A stretch of 63,732 nt of DNA, counting the filler, from Octopus bimaculoides (taxonomy: Eukaryota): NCBI RefSeq assembly GCF_001194135.2. It is 6 parts of 6 records of this genome, joined end to end, with 100 filler letters (N's around TTAATTAATTAA, not from the genome) between each part and the next. Parts side by side here need not be neighbours in the genome. Positions count along the whole stretch, not along the records: positions 62,318 to 63,732 come from NC_068985.1; 5 more parts are not named here. One strand, given 5' to 3'. Below, piece by piece: positions 62,318 through 63,732 of this stretch. Below the pieces are notes generated by a model. That model was not told the DNA's origin, searched no databases, and worked only from the letters and a program-made list of their open reading frames with translations. The position numbers and the translations under genes were made by a program. How positions within the stretch are numbered: position 1 is the stretch's first letter; each line of letters opens with the position of its first letter.

Positions 62318-62620
62318 ATTGTGAGTGTTTATTGAGCAAAAACACCTAAAGCTCCATAAGGCTCCGGCAGGGAATGGTGGCGAACCCTGCTGTACTCTTT
62401 CACCACAACTTTCTCTCACTCTTACTTCCTGTTTCTGTTGTGCCTGTATTTCAAAGGGTCAGCCTTGTCACACTGTGTCACGCTGAATATCCCCGAGAAC
62501 TACGTTAAGGGTACATGTGTCTGTGGAGTGCTCAGCCACTTGCACGTTAATTTCACGAGCAGGCTGTTCCGTTGATCGGATCAACTGGAACCCTCGACGT
62601 CGTAAGCGACGGAGTGCCAA
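62318..62620 (+). mobile_element. SINE-like repeat, third family, 3' part
   Basis: Homologous to 33328-33600. Ends gacggagtgccaacaacaac. Confidence 0.75.
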
Positions 62621-63141
62621 CAACAACATTTATATATTTATATTAGAATTATTATTGTTATTATTATCCGCGGTAATATGGATAGCTGACAGTAACAACA
62701 ACAGTAATATAAGTGGTTGCAGACCTAAAATAACGTTAAATAGATATAGATTTAAAATTTATACCAATGTTTCTCATACATGTATTTCTATATGTTTCTT
62801 GGTATTTGCGTATACGTTAACCATGGTCGATATCTCTTTACCTATCTATCAATGTTGAATGTGTGCGTGCGTGTTTTGCGTTGTAAACGTGAGGGAGTGA
62901 TTAGCTATAGTCTTAGCAAGCTTCCTTAAAGCTGACTTATTGTGTTTGCACTGTATAAATCTTTATATATATCTGAGATATATTATTTCTGTTGTACCAA
63001 CGGTTCGAGTGTTGTTAGTTGATTTCCTGAGGATGTATGAAAATCAAAAACCACAATTCATATCATTGGTTTGAAAATCAGCGTGGTCTGAAATATAAAT
63101 AAATATCTGAAACAAAGATGACTTAGAAAGTTAAACCTTAC

Positions 63142-63599
63142 CTGAAGTGACACCTGTTTGTAAGATGCTTCGTGTCTTTGAGCCATTTCTCTTTCGGCTG
63201 CTGCCTCCCAAACATGTCTATTCTGTAAAGCTATGATGTAGAAAAGTCCTCCAGGCCCATAATTATTAATGATTGGACCCCGAGGTAAATTGACAATTTT
63301 CTTGACAGGAACCAAATCTTTGCCTTTGAATCTTCTCTTAGCCTGCATGAGTTGTGACTTGGTTTTCTCGAGACGCAGTCTCACACTCGTCATTAGTGGA
63401 ACGGCGCCGGGTGGCATGCGGCGCAGTTGCTGTTCAATCTTCAACTTAGTGCGGTCACACATGCGCTGTCGACTATCACGATGACGTCTGTTAAAGAAGG
63501 AGTCGAAAGCTCCATATTCTAAATGTAAAAGTTCGCAGTTTTCGGCACATGTAGCTGTATAAAAGAACTTGTCTAAGTCCATGAGAACTTCAATGTCTC
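63142..63599 (-). CDS. Internal coding exon of a cyclic-nucleotide-binding-domain protein (CNBD1/CNBD2-like)
   Basis: Acceptor ctttttcacag|GA (phase 1) and donor CAG|gtaagg (phase 0) bound a 458-nt open, non-repetitive frame. It begins (G)DIEVLMDLDKFFYTATCAENCELLHL..GAFDSF, resembling the cNMP-domain G-E/D-x-x-L...TAT-V...C-EL-x-x-L motif. The family call rests on motif recall only. Confidence 0.7.
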
Positions 63600-63647
63600 C
63601 TGTGAAAAAGTATATAATGAAAAACGTTTCAAACTTGAGATTACAAC

Positions 63648-63655
63648 TGGGGAGA

Positions 63656-63732
<77 letters not shown>
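63648..63732. repeat. (GA)n microsatellite, intronic
   Basis: Direct inspection. Confidence 0.95.

Noticed and set aside
219-63732. Dozens of supplied ORFs of the [20 protein letters not shown] type, and ORFs running through X
   Set aside because: They are translations of dinucleotide and tetranucleotide microsatellites or N gaps, with no coding signal.
1-63732. CRISPR arrays, rRNA genes, prokaryotic operons
   Set aside because: No repeat-spacer arrays or rRNA-like segments. The sequence is clearly animal nuclear DNA.

Overview
Repeat-rich, gap-ridden eukaryotic DNA from a short-read-type assembly. The SINE families look like those of Octopus, which is an inference from pattern recognition rather than a search. 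Five artificial 100-bp linkers (44 N + TTAATTAATTAA + 44 N) split the window into six blocks whose adjacency is not guaranteed. The only convincing host coding sequence is one minus-strand internal exon (63142-63599) of a cyclic-nucleotide-binding-domain protein. The rest is microsatellite, tRNA-derived SINEs (a Nin/Deu-domain type with a recurrent dimer, a CORE type, and others), Tc1/mariner deletion derivatives and MITEs, fossil LINEs (R4/Dong-like, L1-Tx1, RTE) and Penelope-like GIY-YIG elements. The best novelty candidate is a cassette of a tRNA-Arg-like Pol III head, an (AAT)n tract and a minimal hammerhead ribozyme motif. It sits 27 nt after a Penelope GIY-YIG stop codon and also occurs as a solo copy with an inverted head, suggesting a Penelope-mobilised, hammerhead-tailed SINE or a Pol III-driven pseudo-LTR. 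Other observations: a strongly CpG-depleted block (50359-56213), a fold-back mariner MITE, a perfect 75-bp-arm hairpin, and two repair scars (telomeric repeats and a templated insertion) in a fossil Tx1 LINE. Most supplied ORFs are microsatellite or N-gap artefacts. Many repeat boundaries are approximate.
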